NCBI RefSeq assembly: GCF_031769215.1
Contig: NW_026782003.1
Location: forward strand, 4,154,001 to 4,218,000
Length of the DNA stretch: 64,000 nt
From: Ylistrum balloti
Lineage: Eukaryota
Direction of reading: 5' to 3'
Numbering within the stretch: position 1 is the first letter of the stretch; the number at the start of each line of letters is the position of its first letter. Shown in pieces: positions 33,801 through 43,441 of this stretch. The notes under the pieces are model-generated. The model was not told where the DNA came from. It searched no databases and worked only from the letters and a program-made list of their open reading frames with translations. Made by a program: the position numbers and the translations under genes.

Positions 33801-36447
33801 CAAATAAAAAACATTGTTTCTTTACTTTGTCCTCATTTAATACATTGCAACATCTTTCCATAACTAGTAAACATGTCCTGTTTTAGTTTCCTATGGAATC
33901 TTCAAACCATAATATCATTATCTAATGCTGTCAGGTTAAGTAAAGGAGGAGGCACTAACATTCAAAATTAAAGTCTGTTGCAATTTGATTGGTCCCTAAG
34001 TGGGACAAACCTTTTATACCTGAGCCAGAGAATCTGTGCTGAAATGTGATTGGACCCCAGGTGTGACAGTCCCTTTATACCAGAGGCAGAAAGTCTGTGC
34101 TGAAATGTGATTGGACCCCAGGTGTGACAGTCCCTTTATGCCAGTGCCAGAATGTTTATTCTGAAATGTGATTGGTCCCCGAGCGTGACAGGCCCTTTAT
34201 ACCTGAGCTAGAAAGTCTGTGCTGAAATGCGATTGGTCCCCAGGTGTGACAGTCCCTTTATACCAGTGCCAGAATGTTTATTCTGAAATGTGATTGGTCC
34301 CCGAGCGTGACAGTCCCTTTATAACAGTGCCAGAATGTTTAGTCTGAAATGTGATTGGTTCACGAGCGTGACAGTCCCTTTATACCTGAGCCAGAAAGTC
34401 TTTGCTGAAATGCGATTGGTCCCCAGGTGTGACAGTCCCTTTATACCAGTGCCAGAATGTTTATTCTGAAATGTGATTGGTCCCCGAGCGTGACAGTCCC
34501 TTTATAACAGTGCCAGAATGTTTAGTCTGAAATGTGATTGGTTCACGAGCGTGACAGTCCCTTTATACCTGAGCCAGAAAGTCTTTGCTGAAATGCGATT
34601 GGTCCCAAAGCATGACAGTCCCTTTATACCTGAGCCAGAAAGTCTGTGCTGAAATGTGATTGGTCCCCAGGTGTGCCTCTAACTATACAATAGCTAGGTT
34701 GCAATAGTTTTGCAGCATGCACATGCTGTATAAGGTGTAGGACAGATAGTCCTATGTACAAGGTACACTGAATGCATCATGCAGTATAACTATTAAACTG
34801 GCTATCATACACATATTTGACATACACTACTTACTAAGTAAGATGAAATGGATGGCTGCAAGAAAACGCCCTTGATATCATTAGTTTTAGACGTATCTTT
34901 ACAATCCAACTTTTTTAATTCAAATACCATAACTGTTTATTTCAGAGAAAATGTGAAGACTTGAAATGGAAGTAATGAATTAATAGGAGTTTTTTCCAGC
35001 TTGAGGGTAGGACAGAAAAATCTCAACCCCTCTCTGCAGAAATTCCCAACAGTCTAACCATCTACCTGTACATTTGTATTATAAAGCATTTTGACTTGAT
35101 TAATAAAACTACCAGGTATATTTAATGTGTTTTCTTTCTTTGATTTAATGAAAAGAAAATGTTTTCAAAATTCTGCAATGGTGAAATACAGGGTGTCTGA
35201 TATTGTATAAAATTCTGGTACAAGCTATATATATTGAACTCTGCTTATGGAGAACCAGTATGATCTATGCTGAACTGAGGTGTCCAGCTAGAGTAGCAAC
35301 GAAGTGTATTAAATGCTATTTCAGATATAATCTTTGTACAAGAGGAAAGAATATGACAGGTGTACGACAGTATATGATGATAGTAATGCCAAAAATAGTA
35401 TAGAAATTGAAAATTAAACCGGTTACCGTTAACAGTGCAAGACATACAAACACAAAGCAGACTGTTACCACAGACATATAGATATCAAGTAATTTTATGT
35501 CTGCGATAGCACCTGTGAAAATCCGGATTGAATGGAGTACCTGAGCGCCAGGTATAGTTGCCTCTTACAGGAACAATGTATCAAAAAATACCCTTGCAGT
35601 ATAAATCATATATTTAAAAAAAAATAGATTTTGACATTTGATATCACACTCAGTCGAGTTGATCAATCTTGGTCAGAATTTGTCTTAACAGAAGTGTTAA
35701 TAGATTCAGAGAATGTAAATCGTAAATGTGATTTTGTTTATTATAAAAGAAAGAAGAAATCCAGACCAATGTTAATTAGTATTAATTAACTTTGTTTAAT
35801 TAGCATTAATTAACTTCGTGTCAACAAACCATAACACACTGAGTGAACATTAAAACACTCACTCACCTTCTTCTCTGCTTTTTTCTGCAAAACAGTCAAC
35901 TTTCTAATCAAAACTTGGAGTCACATAGCATTTTTTTTTTCAAATACATTATTTCAAAGAGCAGTGGTTTCAAATAAGTATCTTTTTATTAAAGATAAGA
36001 AAGAGTTGATTCCTGTATTTAAATGGATAAAGATTTGTGATTTTATTTTCAACATGACTCATCATATTCTTATATGTAAAACAACATGTTCAACAAGTCA
36101 ATTTTGAAAAATTCTGTTTATGACTTTTCACTAGACATGTTAAAAGTTCAACAGTATATAAGATAATAGGCACATATTAGTGGGTTTTCTATCCTAAAAG
36201 TTGGGAGAAGAAAAGGCAATCTAAAATGATCTTCCTATTCTAAGTAATTATGTTCAGGACTTACCACATCGGGGGAATGGGGTCGTGGGGACGGTGTGCC
36301 TGCTGAATAGAGGCCTCTTCTCAGCAACAAGTTATCCGGGTCACCAATATTTCCACCAACACAAAACTTCTTTTTGTGTTTCTGTAGAAGTTGCGTAGAA
36401 TCGAAAGTCATGTGACACTCATGACACTTATATTTCCCATCTGCCAT
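3704..36447 (-). CDS. CCDC17: Coiled-coil domain-containing protein 17-like gene (multi-exon, ~1050 aa). Coding exons 36447-36265, 30837-30646, 29873-29694, 21611-21521, 20394-20223, 19973-19281, 17901-17794, 17300-17176, 16705-15737, 9694-9561, 8668-8561, 7799-7726, then 4339-4219 or 3830-3704
   Basis: All junctions are GT-AG and phase-consistent (3150 or 3156 nt). The peptides CHECHMTFDSTQLLQKHKKKFCVG, NSLVAEISAMRQAYLQNGGNDPDVLAQM and LEIENERLHKELMLLQ match human CCDC17 motifs as recalled from memory ([58 protein letters not shown]). Confirm by BLASTP. Confidence 0.8.
4219..4339 (-). CDS. CCDC17: Alternative terminal exon A (PNRYVPTAHHTWVSTQHTK...DDPD*)
   Basis: tatttttacag|T phase-2 acceptor, TAA at 4221-4219, AATAAA on the - strand at 4005-4000. 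Confidence 0.65.
4479..4662. other. Assembly gap (184 N)
   Basis: Run of n. Confidence 1.
4915..5560. repeat. TGACCTT(GACC)-rich interspersed repeat
   Basis: Dense TGACCTT/AAGGTCA motifs; the same motif family appears at ~13100-13510, 27340-27720, 44450-44580, 56340-56500, 57330-57480 and 61215-61380. Confidence 0.5.
7726..7799 (-). CDS. CCDC17: CCDC17-like exon (NNADMPWMMQRPYVDVEPMQPYDQ), phase 0-2
   Basis: ctccgtttccag|AAC acceptor, TA|gtaagt donor; the PYD motif resembles human APYDP. Confidence 0.75.
8561..8668 (-). CDS. CCDC17: CCDC17-like exon (GGWHQPGVTPMSP...SLAELE), phase 0-0
   Basis: ttcccccag|GGG acceptor, GAG|gtatat donor, GC-rich island within AT-rich intron. Confidence 0.65.
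8930..9612. repeat. 65-69-bp minisatellite built from the exon end and 5' splice site, 9 full units
   Basis: Unit on the - strand: AACTTGTTAAAACAGACARCCCRCCTCCCTCCTCCAGCAYCG|(GTAT)3-4GTAAACAACAG. Confidence 0.95.
9561..9694 (-). CDS. CCDC17: CCDC17-like exon (DELEAQLRRLQEEQLRK...TARLPPPAP), phase 1-0
   Basis: cctgacag|AT acceptor, CCG|gtatgt donor, strong coiled-coil translation. Confidence 0.85.
12235..13077 (-). mobile_element. Degenerate Tc1/mariner DNA transposon (transposase pseudogene plus one TIR-like end)
   Basis: Broken-frame translation: MPQLSQLERGCALEML..VATHFGVH*STVSQL (HTH), LFTDES, CVLEQDRFWDGSLMV*GGIS, YQDEILGPHVVPFIRRHYLTFQHNARP. TA-TATACTAAGAGGAAAAGAAACACAAC end at ~12235-12262. 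The C-terminal PDLxPIE part is deleted. Confidence 0.88.
13100..13510. repeat. TGACCTTGACC-rich interspersed repeat abutting the Tc1 fossil
   Basis: Multiple TGACCTTGACCT(T) motifs. Confidence 0.5.
15340..15670. repeat. Degenerate ~33-bp tandem repeat
   Basis: Recurring (C/T)AAGGTCA(C/T)A..CTGGTCCA..TGTC. Confidence 0.6.
15737..16705 (-). CDS. CCDC17: CCDC17-like 969-nt exon, phase 1-1 (in-phase alternative donor at 16586)
   Basis: Lies within the 354-aa ORF; gttacag|AC acceptor; TAG|gtagac donor at 15737; internal AAG|gtaggc at 16586. Confidence 0.7.
17176..17300 (-). CDS. CCDC17: CCDC17-like exon (AMRQAYLQNGGNDPDVLAQMAQMQAEAQ...), phase 2-1
   Basis: ttgcag|T acceptor, AAG|gtaatt donor; best-conserved CCDC17 motif. 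Confidence 0.88.
17398..17487 (+). repeat. G-run tract (GGGGGT)n
   Basis: More than 12 runs of G3-G12 in 90 bp. Confidence 0.95.
17794..17901 (-). CDS. CCDC17: CCDC17-like exon (EVEKATQPQPP...GNSLVAEI), phase 2-2
   Basis: gtgttttag|A acceptor, CAG|gtgggt donor; LVAEI motif. Confidence 0.8.
17950..18272. repeat. 37-bp minisatellite, ~8-9 copies
   Basis: TATATACAGACACCTGTCTAGTATGTACACATTCCGT. Confidence 0.95.
19281..19973 (-). CDS. CCDC17: CCDC17-like 693-nt symmetric exon, phase 2-2
   Basis: Lies within the 261-aa ORF; gtgtag|C acceptor, CAG|gtttga donor. Confidence 0.65.
20223..20394 (-). CDS. CCDC17: CCDC17-like exon (DIRRRLEELANK...HGQRVNF), phase 1-2
   Basis: gtgacag|AT acceptor, AT|gttagt donor, heptad-like leucines. 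Confidence 0.75.
20535..21425. repeat. 30-bp minisatellite, ~29 copies
   Basis: ACACCTATCTTACACCTCCCTACCCTGATT. Confidence 0.97.
21521..21611 (-). CDS. CCDC17: CCDC17-like exon (DSQLKQLAENHGRQMEYLQIKNRDLEKQRE), phase 0-1
   Basis: aaaccag|GAT acceptor, GAA G|gtgggt donor; not in the ORF track; joins the next exon in frame. Confidence 0.8.
21612..22470. repeat. 42-bp minisatellite containing the 3' splice site, ~20 copies
   Basis: TGTACCTCTGATAGTCCTACAACAGATAAACCTGGTTAGAAT. Confidence 0.97.
22882..26012. repeat. 39-bp satellite, ~80 copies, with higher-order structure
   Basis: GTATGACTTTAGTAAGGAAGGTAACACCTGAACACACCT. Confidence 0.98.
29694..29873 (-). CDS. CCDC17: CCDC17-like exon (YENLKEKIS...HLDDD), phase 0-0
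   Basis: ttttcag|TAT acceptor, GAT|gtaagt donor, 180 nt open. Confidence 0.75.
30646..30837 (-). CDS. CCDC17: CCDC17-like exon (VAELKNYKENR...RHLQLE), phase 0-0
   Basis: ctaag|GTG acceptor, GAG|gtgagg donor, coiled-coil-like translation. Confidence 0.75.
31018..31335. repeat. Degenerate 53-56-bp tandem repeat, 6 copies
   Basis: GTTCATRCAAAGATGGCTGCC cores at 31051, 31104, 31158, 31214, 31267 and 31320. Confidence 0.85.
32268..32565. repeat. 30-bp minisatellite, ~10 copies
   Basis: CTGACCTCCCTAGAAACTACCTCCTTATAC. Confidence 0.95.
33990..34680. repeat. 61-bp minisatellite, ~11 copies, A/B/C subtypes
   Basis: GTGACAGTCCCTTTATACCAGTGCCAGAATGTTTATTCTGAAATGTGATTGGTCCCCGAGC. Confidence 0.95.
36265..36447 (-). 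CDS. CCDC17: CCDC17-like first coding exon (MADGKYKCHECH...SPDV; C2H2/C2HC-type zinc-finger-like motif)
   Basis: ATG at 36447-36445; donor GTG|gtaagt at 36265/36264; the frame stays open back to the acceptor at 36533. Confidence 0.85.
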
Positions 36448-36887
36448 GATGGCAGCTGTGTTTATATCGTCCTTTGTCAACACAAAATATTCCTGTTTCT
36501 TTTCTTCCTCTTTCTCCAAATCATTCTTTAATTCTGAAGGGAATGAAAATAATTAAAATAGAAAAGTATTCTGAGAATTAATTGTACAATCTTCATAAAC
36601 TTTTAATAGATAACCTACTTTATTACAATGAAATACATATAAAAATACAGATACATTTAACAGGGGTCAGTGGTCTAACAGGTGTTTCATAAAATAGGTG
36701 TCTACAGTATCAAACAGATCATGACAACCCCTTCTGTACTGTTGAGTTTATAGATCAACACAGTTCTACAGATCTGTCAGAGACTTTTACGTCTCAGTCT
36801 GACCTTACTGTAAAGACTGTTATTTTCTGTGGTTCAAATTGTTGCAGACTGACTGCTTTACTGAATTCTTGATCCAAAAGGATGCAT

Positions 36888-37052
36888 CATTCTCTTATTT
36901 GTATTATCTTCATATTACTTCCATATTATCTTCATATTATCTTTGTATTATCTTCATATTATCTTTGTATTATCTCCATATTATCTTCATATTATCTTTG
37001 TATAATCTCCATATTATCTTTGTATCATCTTCATATTATCTTTGTATTATCT
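36888..37052. repeat. 11-bp low-complexity tandem repeat
   Basis: (ATATTATCTTC)-type units. Confidence 0.85.
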
Positions 37053-38344
37053 TTAAGTGGCATAGATAACTATTGTTTGCATTTTTATTTCATCTTCTAG
37101 AATAAAAAATTAAACAAACATTTCTTGATAATAACACCATTACCAGTATCAGAAATAAACTTAAGATCTGCCATCAACCATTACTTGTATTTTACATGTA
37201 GGTGGGTGATAACAGAAACATCAATCTAGTACAATTTCAACTCATTAATCTGACATAAATTTGTCATTATCATTAAATTGAAATTAATAATGTATAACTA
37301 TGATCATATTCTTGATATCATACCAACAACAATGATTGATGATCAATATATTTCCTTCATAACCAAAAAATTATACATCAAAAAAATGATCGCAAATAAT
37401 ACCAACAGCCAAGACAAAACATCTGTTATATTGCACTAGTATGACAACTCGAAAAAATTCAACTGTGATATTTTTTAAAGCCATCAGCAAATAAAATCTG
37501 GTTGCACTTTTGAGTCACATACCAATAAATTACTTATCAAACATATAATGCATGGCCCTTTGAGAAGTCTTTATCAATGCTTCCTTTCAGGACCAGCTCT
37601 TGCTTCACAAAGCTCCACAGATTTGTCAATAACATTTTATTTACCTCAACACAATAAACAACATCTTTAAAAGTAATGACAGCTAGGCTGAGAACATGCC
37701 TTTTCATAACTTTCAATGATGTTTAAATTTGATTTTTCAGCACCTATGGTAGATTAGCAGACAAGAAATGAACAGTTGTATGGTTTCCAGGCACCTTTGT
37801 AAAGTCTAGCTCAACTGTTATCACAACGTGTACGTTGGATCAAGGGTTCTCATGTCCTACACTTGAAATACCATCCTAATATTATGAAAACACCTGTATA
37901 GCTTAGTTTTGAATTTTTCTACTTGAAAACTAAATTCATATGTCATTTAAAATGTTTGACAAGCCCATGTATACCAGCTTTATGGAATAAAAGTTCATGC
38001 AAATTTTATTTTCATGTTTACTTCTGTTTCATCATCATCATCATCATCATCATCTATTTTAAATGTTTTAATTACCGATTATGTCATTTAATATATAAAT
38101 ATTGTGAATTAATCAATTAATATATCGAATATAAGAAAATCTACTACATTAAGTGTAATTGTGAAGATCCCTCCCACCTGGAACAATCAACTTTGAGACA
38201 GCAGTGACCTATGTTTGAAAACTCACAGATATTAAACTTTTTATTTTTTTTTTTTTTTTTTGATTTTTGATCAGCTACAGTGTAGAGGGTTTGAAAAAGT
38301 TTCGTCCTAAGAATGTAATCCTGATAAATACTGGCCATACTATA

Positions 38345-38465
38345 CTGCTCTGCTAGAAAGAACTTCTCTTTAGCTCGATCAGTTGAGCATCAGACTAATC
38401 AGCTGGGGACCCCAGGTTCAAGTTCTAGCAGAGGTATTGAAATAAAAAAATGACCTCTCTTATGT
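38345..38465 (+). mobile_element. Second, more decayed copy of the same SINE
   Basis: TTCTCTTTAGCTCGATCAGTTGAGC...GGTTCAAG...GTATTGAAATAAAAAAATGACCTCT aligns with 2350-2484. Confidence 0.7.
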
Positions 38466-38606
38466 TGGCTCTATGTAGGGACTCAGTCATGATACTCAAT
38501 ATTGTCCCACAGACATCACTGTAGCCCTAGGAAAACTTGAAGACAAGTTATCTCCTGGTGGGAGAGTATGTAAACCTGGTAAATACTATTCGCAATATAT
38601 TGCTAA

Positions 38607-38725
38607 GCTTAAGAGAATTTTCTTTAGCTCGATCTGTTGAGTGTTGGACTAGTAAGCCAGGAGTCCCAGCTATGAGTCCTGGCAAGGGCATTGAAAAGAA
38701 TAATGACCTCTGTTACAAGAATAAA
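38607..38725 (+). mobile_element. Third copy of the same SINE
   Basis: AGAGAATTTTCTTTAGCTCGATC...GACTAGTAAGCCAGGAGTCCC...GCATTGAAAAGAATAATGACCTCTGTTAC. Confidence 0.7.
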
Positions 38726-39886
38726 AACTAAAACAAGCAAACAAGGAAGACAGAATGTAGTAGAATTACCAGCTAGGTATATATCGGTTATGTGTCTACC
38801 CAAAGTCTTTGGTCATAGCTTTCCCTATTTTCTGTTAAAGTTGGGATCACTTGCTGCATTACAGACCTTATCCAAAGTTTCTGACAATAATATATTGTGA
38901 AGTGTGAGCTGATAAGATGAAGTAAATGTTGACACTCAAACCCTAGTACTGGCTGTATGTAAGAAATGTCAGATTTGTTCATCTTTTTTTTTTTTCAATC
39001 CACTAAAGCGCTGAGAACAACATAATTAAATGTTATATATCAATTAACCATAATGTTACATATCTTCTTGACGTTGGTTCTGTAATGTTATGTATTTCAG
39101 ACCAGCCATTTTGTTGAGCTGTAACATGTGGTGAACTAAAATCTATATATATATTGACCTGCGTGACCTCACATCCAGATTATTTTGGTTGCTGTAATTA
39201 ACATGTGTCAAACATCCAGAAACAAACAAAAAAACTCACTTTTGAGTAAATTCATGCACCAAAAATATTACGAGTTTATATTGGCAATTTTGTGTATTTT
39301 TCTTAATATATGCATTTTTACATGTCAAACATCCTCCCAGTTATGATAAAATAACCAATTAATCCATTCTGATCGGATGTCAGTATTTTGTTGTCGTCTG
39401 TCATGTGAATAAAAAATCGACCATTAATAATCAATAGGCCATACATTCTTGCAATTATTTTACCTCGGATGTCCAAACATGGACGTCTTACATTGAAAAA
39501 ATGATGATTTCAAAATTAACACTATTGTCTAGTATTGATGGCTGAATTCTGATTTTAGTTAACTAGCGAATTGCAGACCGACATATAACAAATAACTTTA
39601 AATAAAGTTTCACTGCTACAAATGTTTATCATCATTATTCAAAGTTCCCTCTCGTTACATTATTACGTAATATATTGCTTTAATGTGAACACCGGTAACT
39701 ATGATTTTAACGAAAAACACTACATGCTATTAACGGCCAACTTTAAAACTGGAACAGTAATGGCACAAGTGTGCATCTGTTCAGAACGGTAAGTACCGCC
39801 CTGCAAGACATGTAGTGACAACCCAGTTCATGACCTCTGTTCACAGAAAAATATTTTAACTAGCACAAAAGCAATATCAAACTTAC

Positions 39887-40060
39887 CATCGTGTCAGATT
39901 CTGTTTAATTAGCGGATTCACGGATTGTTTATATCCCTTTTCCACTTTCCTATCGGTCGTTACAGAAGCTATCGTATTAGTCAGACGCCATCATGACACC
40001 TGTTGCGCGCGCAGACGAAATCGCTACTTTTATTATCGTTGCCTGGGTGATGTTTACATG
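39887..40060 (-). promoter_or_regulatory. Putative CCDC17-like promoter and non-coding first exon
   Basis: CpG-enriched patch (GCGCGC, CGCCATC) followed by GATG|gtaagt, a consensus donor at 39887/39886. Confidence 0.45.
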
Positions 40061-40897
40061 CACACACTACTTTCACAATGACCGACCACGTGTTTTATGA
40101 TGTTCCTGAAATAGCCCAATCTTCATCGGACTCATATTGAGAAAGAAAGCATCGCTATGAAACTTTCCACCTGAAGATCATAGACCTAAACCAGGGACGT
40201 ATGATAATATTATACGTCCCTGCCTAAACTAATAACATTTCCCAAGATAAAATGATACTCAAATATTTACAAAGTGATGTTAAATTTTAATTACATCAAA
40301 TGGTATTGCCTTTTACTCTTTAAAAAAAATCACAGTAGATTTAAACTGAAAATGTTCCTTTGAATATTTTTTTAAAAACGAAAGCTCAAGTTCAGATAGC
40401 ATGTGACAACAACACCACTAGCTAGGGTAATGCATTATTTCCTGTTACCTTACAGTTTCTACCAATTAGTTTTAATTTTTTATATAGATATGCTTGACTT
40501 GCAAACTAAATGTATTTCTACGGATTGGTTTAATGCGGGGTGGGGGAGTGTGGAAGATGTATGAAGGGAAATAACTCTTCGTAAAAATAGCCTATCCTGT
40601 ATGATGAATTATTAAGGTTGGTGTCCCACTGCTCATCATTGTGGCTCTTACAAAGAAGTGTTCTTATTGTCTGCTGTTACTGGTTATATATTCCATGTCA
40701 CTATTCCACTACCATTGTCATTGATGTTTTCAATCTCAATAAAGTCTAAACGAAGATGGTTGTTTGTTTACACTAAATGAAATAGACTGCATAAATTAAA
40801 TTGAGTCCAATATGATCAAAAACATACATATTATATATATCATCTTTAACTGTTGTAGAGTAGAAGTTGAGAGCACAGATCACCTTAACTTCAGATA

Positions 40898-41285
40898 TTG
40901 GGAATTTCCCTTTAGTCAAGTAGTGTAATGTCTGTTAAGAGACCAAAAGTTTTTCTAATTCTAACCTCATCAGTGGCAAGGTGTCTATCATTTCTCCTTC
41001 CTTTTACATATTTGGTTCTGTTGGTCAATCCAAGGATAGAAACTATAGGACATCAAGATGCTTCTTTGGAGATATCAAACCTGGGTTGTTGTCTTTGGGG
41101 TAAAAGACTTTGTGAAGGAGGGAGTAGTTTAGAAGGTGTGTATAGAGATTGCCATACTAGCATCAGCTAATGGGAATTTTCCTTTAGTTGAGACGTAGAG
41201 TGTCATGCTTGAGACCAAAGGGTTCCTAGTTCAAACCCTTGCAAGGGCAGGATGTTTTCCATTCCTTCTCATTACACCTTTCCAT
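40898..41285 (+). mobile_element. Two decayed tRNA-like SINE heads about 270 bp apart
   Basis: GGGAATTTYCCTTTAGT...GAGACCAAA...GTTCAAACCC/TTCTAACCTC...TTCCTTC recurs at ~40900 and ~41171. Confidence 0.4.
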
Positions 41286-43361
41286 TTCAAAGGAAATTTT
41301 ATAAACGTTTTTGCTGCAAGACATTTGTAATGTTCTAAGTAACTCCATGTTGTAATTCATGTAAATATTACATATTCTCATTATTGAGGAATAAATGTTG
41401 ATACTAAATTTAATTAAAATTCAAATGATAATATTTTATTTAATGCATGCAGTGTACCAAACAGCTATGACTTCCTCATAGCCATCATTTTCAGAAAATG
41501 GTGAAGTTTCCCAAGCCTTAACCAGAAATTAGGTGAACAGAAAATCACGTGTGATCCCATCTTTTTTTTTTTTTCTTGACAATATCCTTTTCATACCATT
41601 TATGTTTTTTTTTCTTCTTTTATAATTATGTAAGGTTTTTATTTCAACATGAAAGCTTGAAAGGATAATATATACATCAAAATATCTTTAAAACCAATCA
41701 ACAGATCCAAAGTTCTCAATAGGAGGAAAGTTCCAAAAAACTACTTTTTCAAAGGGACCACACATGCAGTTTGTTGGTTTTATTGGGTTTTTTTTGTAAA
41801 CAGCTTGAATTCCCACATAATATTATGAAGTACTCACTATAGGAATAGTAGGTCTACAACATAACATTTGCTTTTCATCAGAATATCAAGATATTGGTGT
41901 TAGATTATGCAAAATTTTGAAATTTTTAAGTTTTTGATATATTTATATTTTGTTCTTATAACAGTATTTGCATTAACTGTTAAAGTATTTCTTTTGTTTC
42001 CATGTCACAATGTGAATTTGATTTACACGTCAGTGTCTGGTTTTTTTTGTATGTCACAGTGTTTCTTTTGTTTCAATGTTGAATGTTATTTACACAGTGT
42101 CTGTTGTTTCCGTTAAACTGTCTGTGTCGTTTATGTGTTTCCACTTCACACTGTCTCAGGTTTTTCCATACGAAAGTCTCTGTTGTGTCTGTGTCACATA
42201 GTCGCTATCTCTGTTCCACATCACAGAGTGTCACTGTTTTTTCTTTGTCACAAAGTGTCTTGTTTGTTCTCATGTAACACAGTGTCTCGGTTGTTCCCAT
42301 ATCATACAGTGTCTCTGCTGTTTCTTAGTATTTGTTGTTGCAATATCACATAGTACATATATCTCTGTTGCTTCATGTTACAGAGTACACACTGATGTTC
42401 TATTCAAATGTCACACAATATCTTTATTGCTGCCTTATTACGTAGTTTGTTCAGTGTTTAGCTATATCATCCTGGTTGTAATTATAACCAAGATTTTCAT
42501 ATCTGTTTCAATACATAGTAAAATTGTGGTGAATTCTCTGTGCCAAGCAAATATATATAGATATATATTTATCCGACAACCATGGGAATGTAGGAATTTT
42601 AGTGCATTATCACATTTTGAAAAATTACAACAAAGATGAATTTAAAATGTGACACAGTAATTATGATATATAAAATCCAATTTCAGAATGAAAACCACTT
42701 AAATAAGATACATCTGTTTATTGTATTAGGTCATGAAAACAATGTTTGGTGATAAATTAATTCATATTCATATTATACAAGTTCCTTTCATTACTAAAAT
42801 TTTGTGAAAAATTTTAAGGTTTTGACAACAATGAGTGATTTGTTATGTTACATCAATGACATGTTTATGTAAAATGAAAAGAAATACTGAGATTAATGTA
42901 CTATATTCTTTATCTAAAAGACATATGAAATGACAAACATAATAAATGAGTACTTGGGTATTGGGGATTTTACAAAGAATGAAAACAAAATGAAAGATGG
43001 ATATTTAGCCCCTCAAAGGTGAAATAACATTTGTTGAAATTACATTACAGAAATATTAACTCCTTAAGTTCCTTGTCACCAGCATCCTCAGTCATCATTT
43101 CTTTAAAGAATAATCAGATAAAACTATAAAAAAAAAAACAGTCTTTAGAAGTGTCCCACTGCCATACAGTTAGTCAAGAATGACTACCAGAAATAAAACA
43201 CACTCTCCACATTTTGTAAATGTTTTCTGGTACATGTCTCTTGATCACAACTTGATCAACATCTCTCATTAACAGCCTTATGTCATTCTATCTGAGGATT
43301 ACAGATGGAGGTTCTATTTCTGATCCCTACGCCTGCCAACAGCCTCCTTCCAACAGACTCC

Positions 43362-43441
43362 TTAGATAGGTTTGATTTTAAAGTGTAGTCCAATGAGAGA
43401 GAAGACTAAACATTTGAGATCTTGCACAAGGTAGTAGAATG
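43362..43441 (-). CDS. MAGOH: mago last exon, visible part ([26 protein letters not shown])
   Basis: Perfect Mago C-terminus with TAA at 43364-43362. The only clear acceptor (attttttag|CA) is phase 1, but exon 4 ends in phase 2. Confidence 0.85.
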
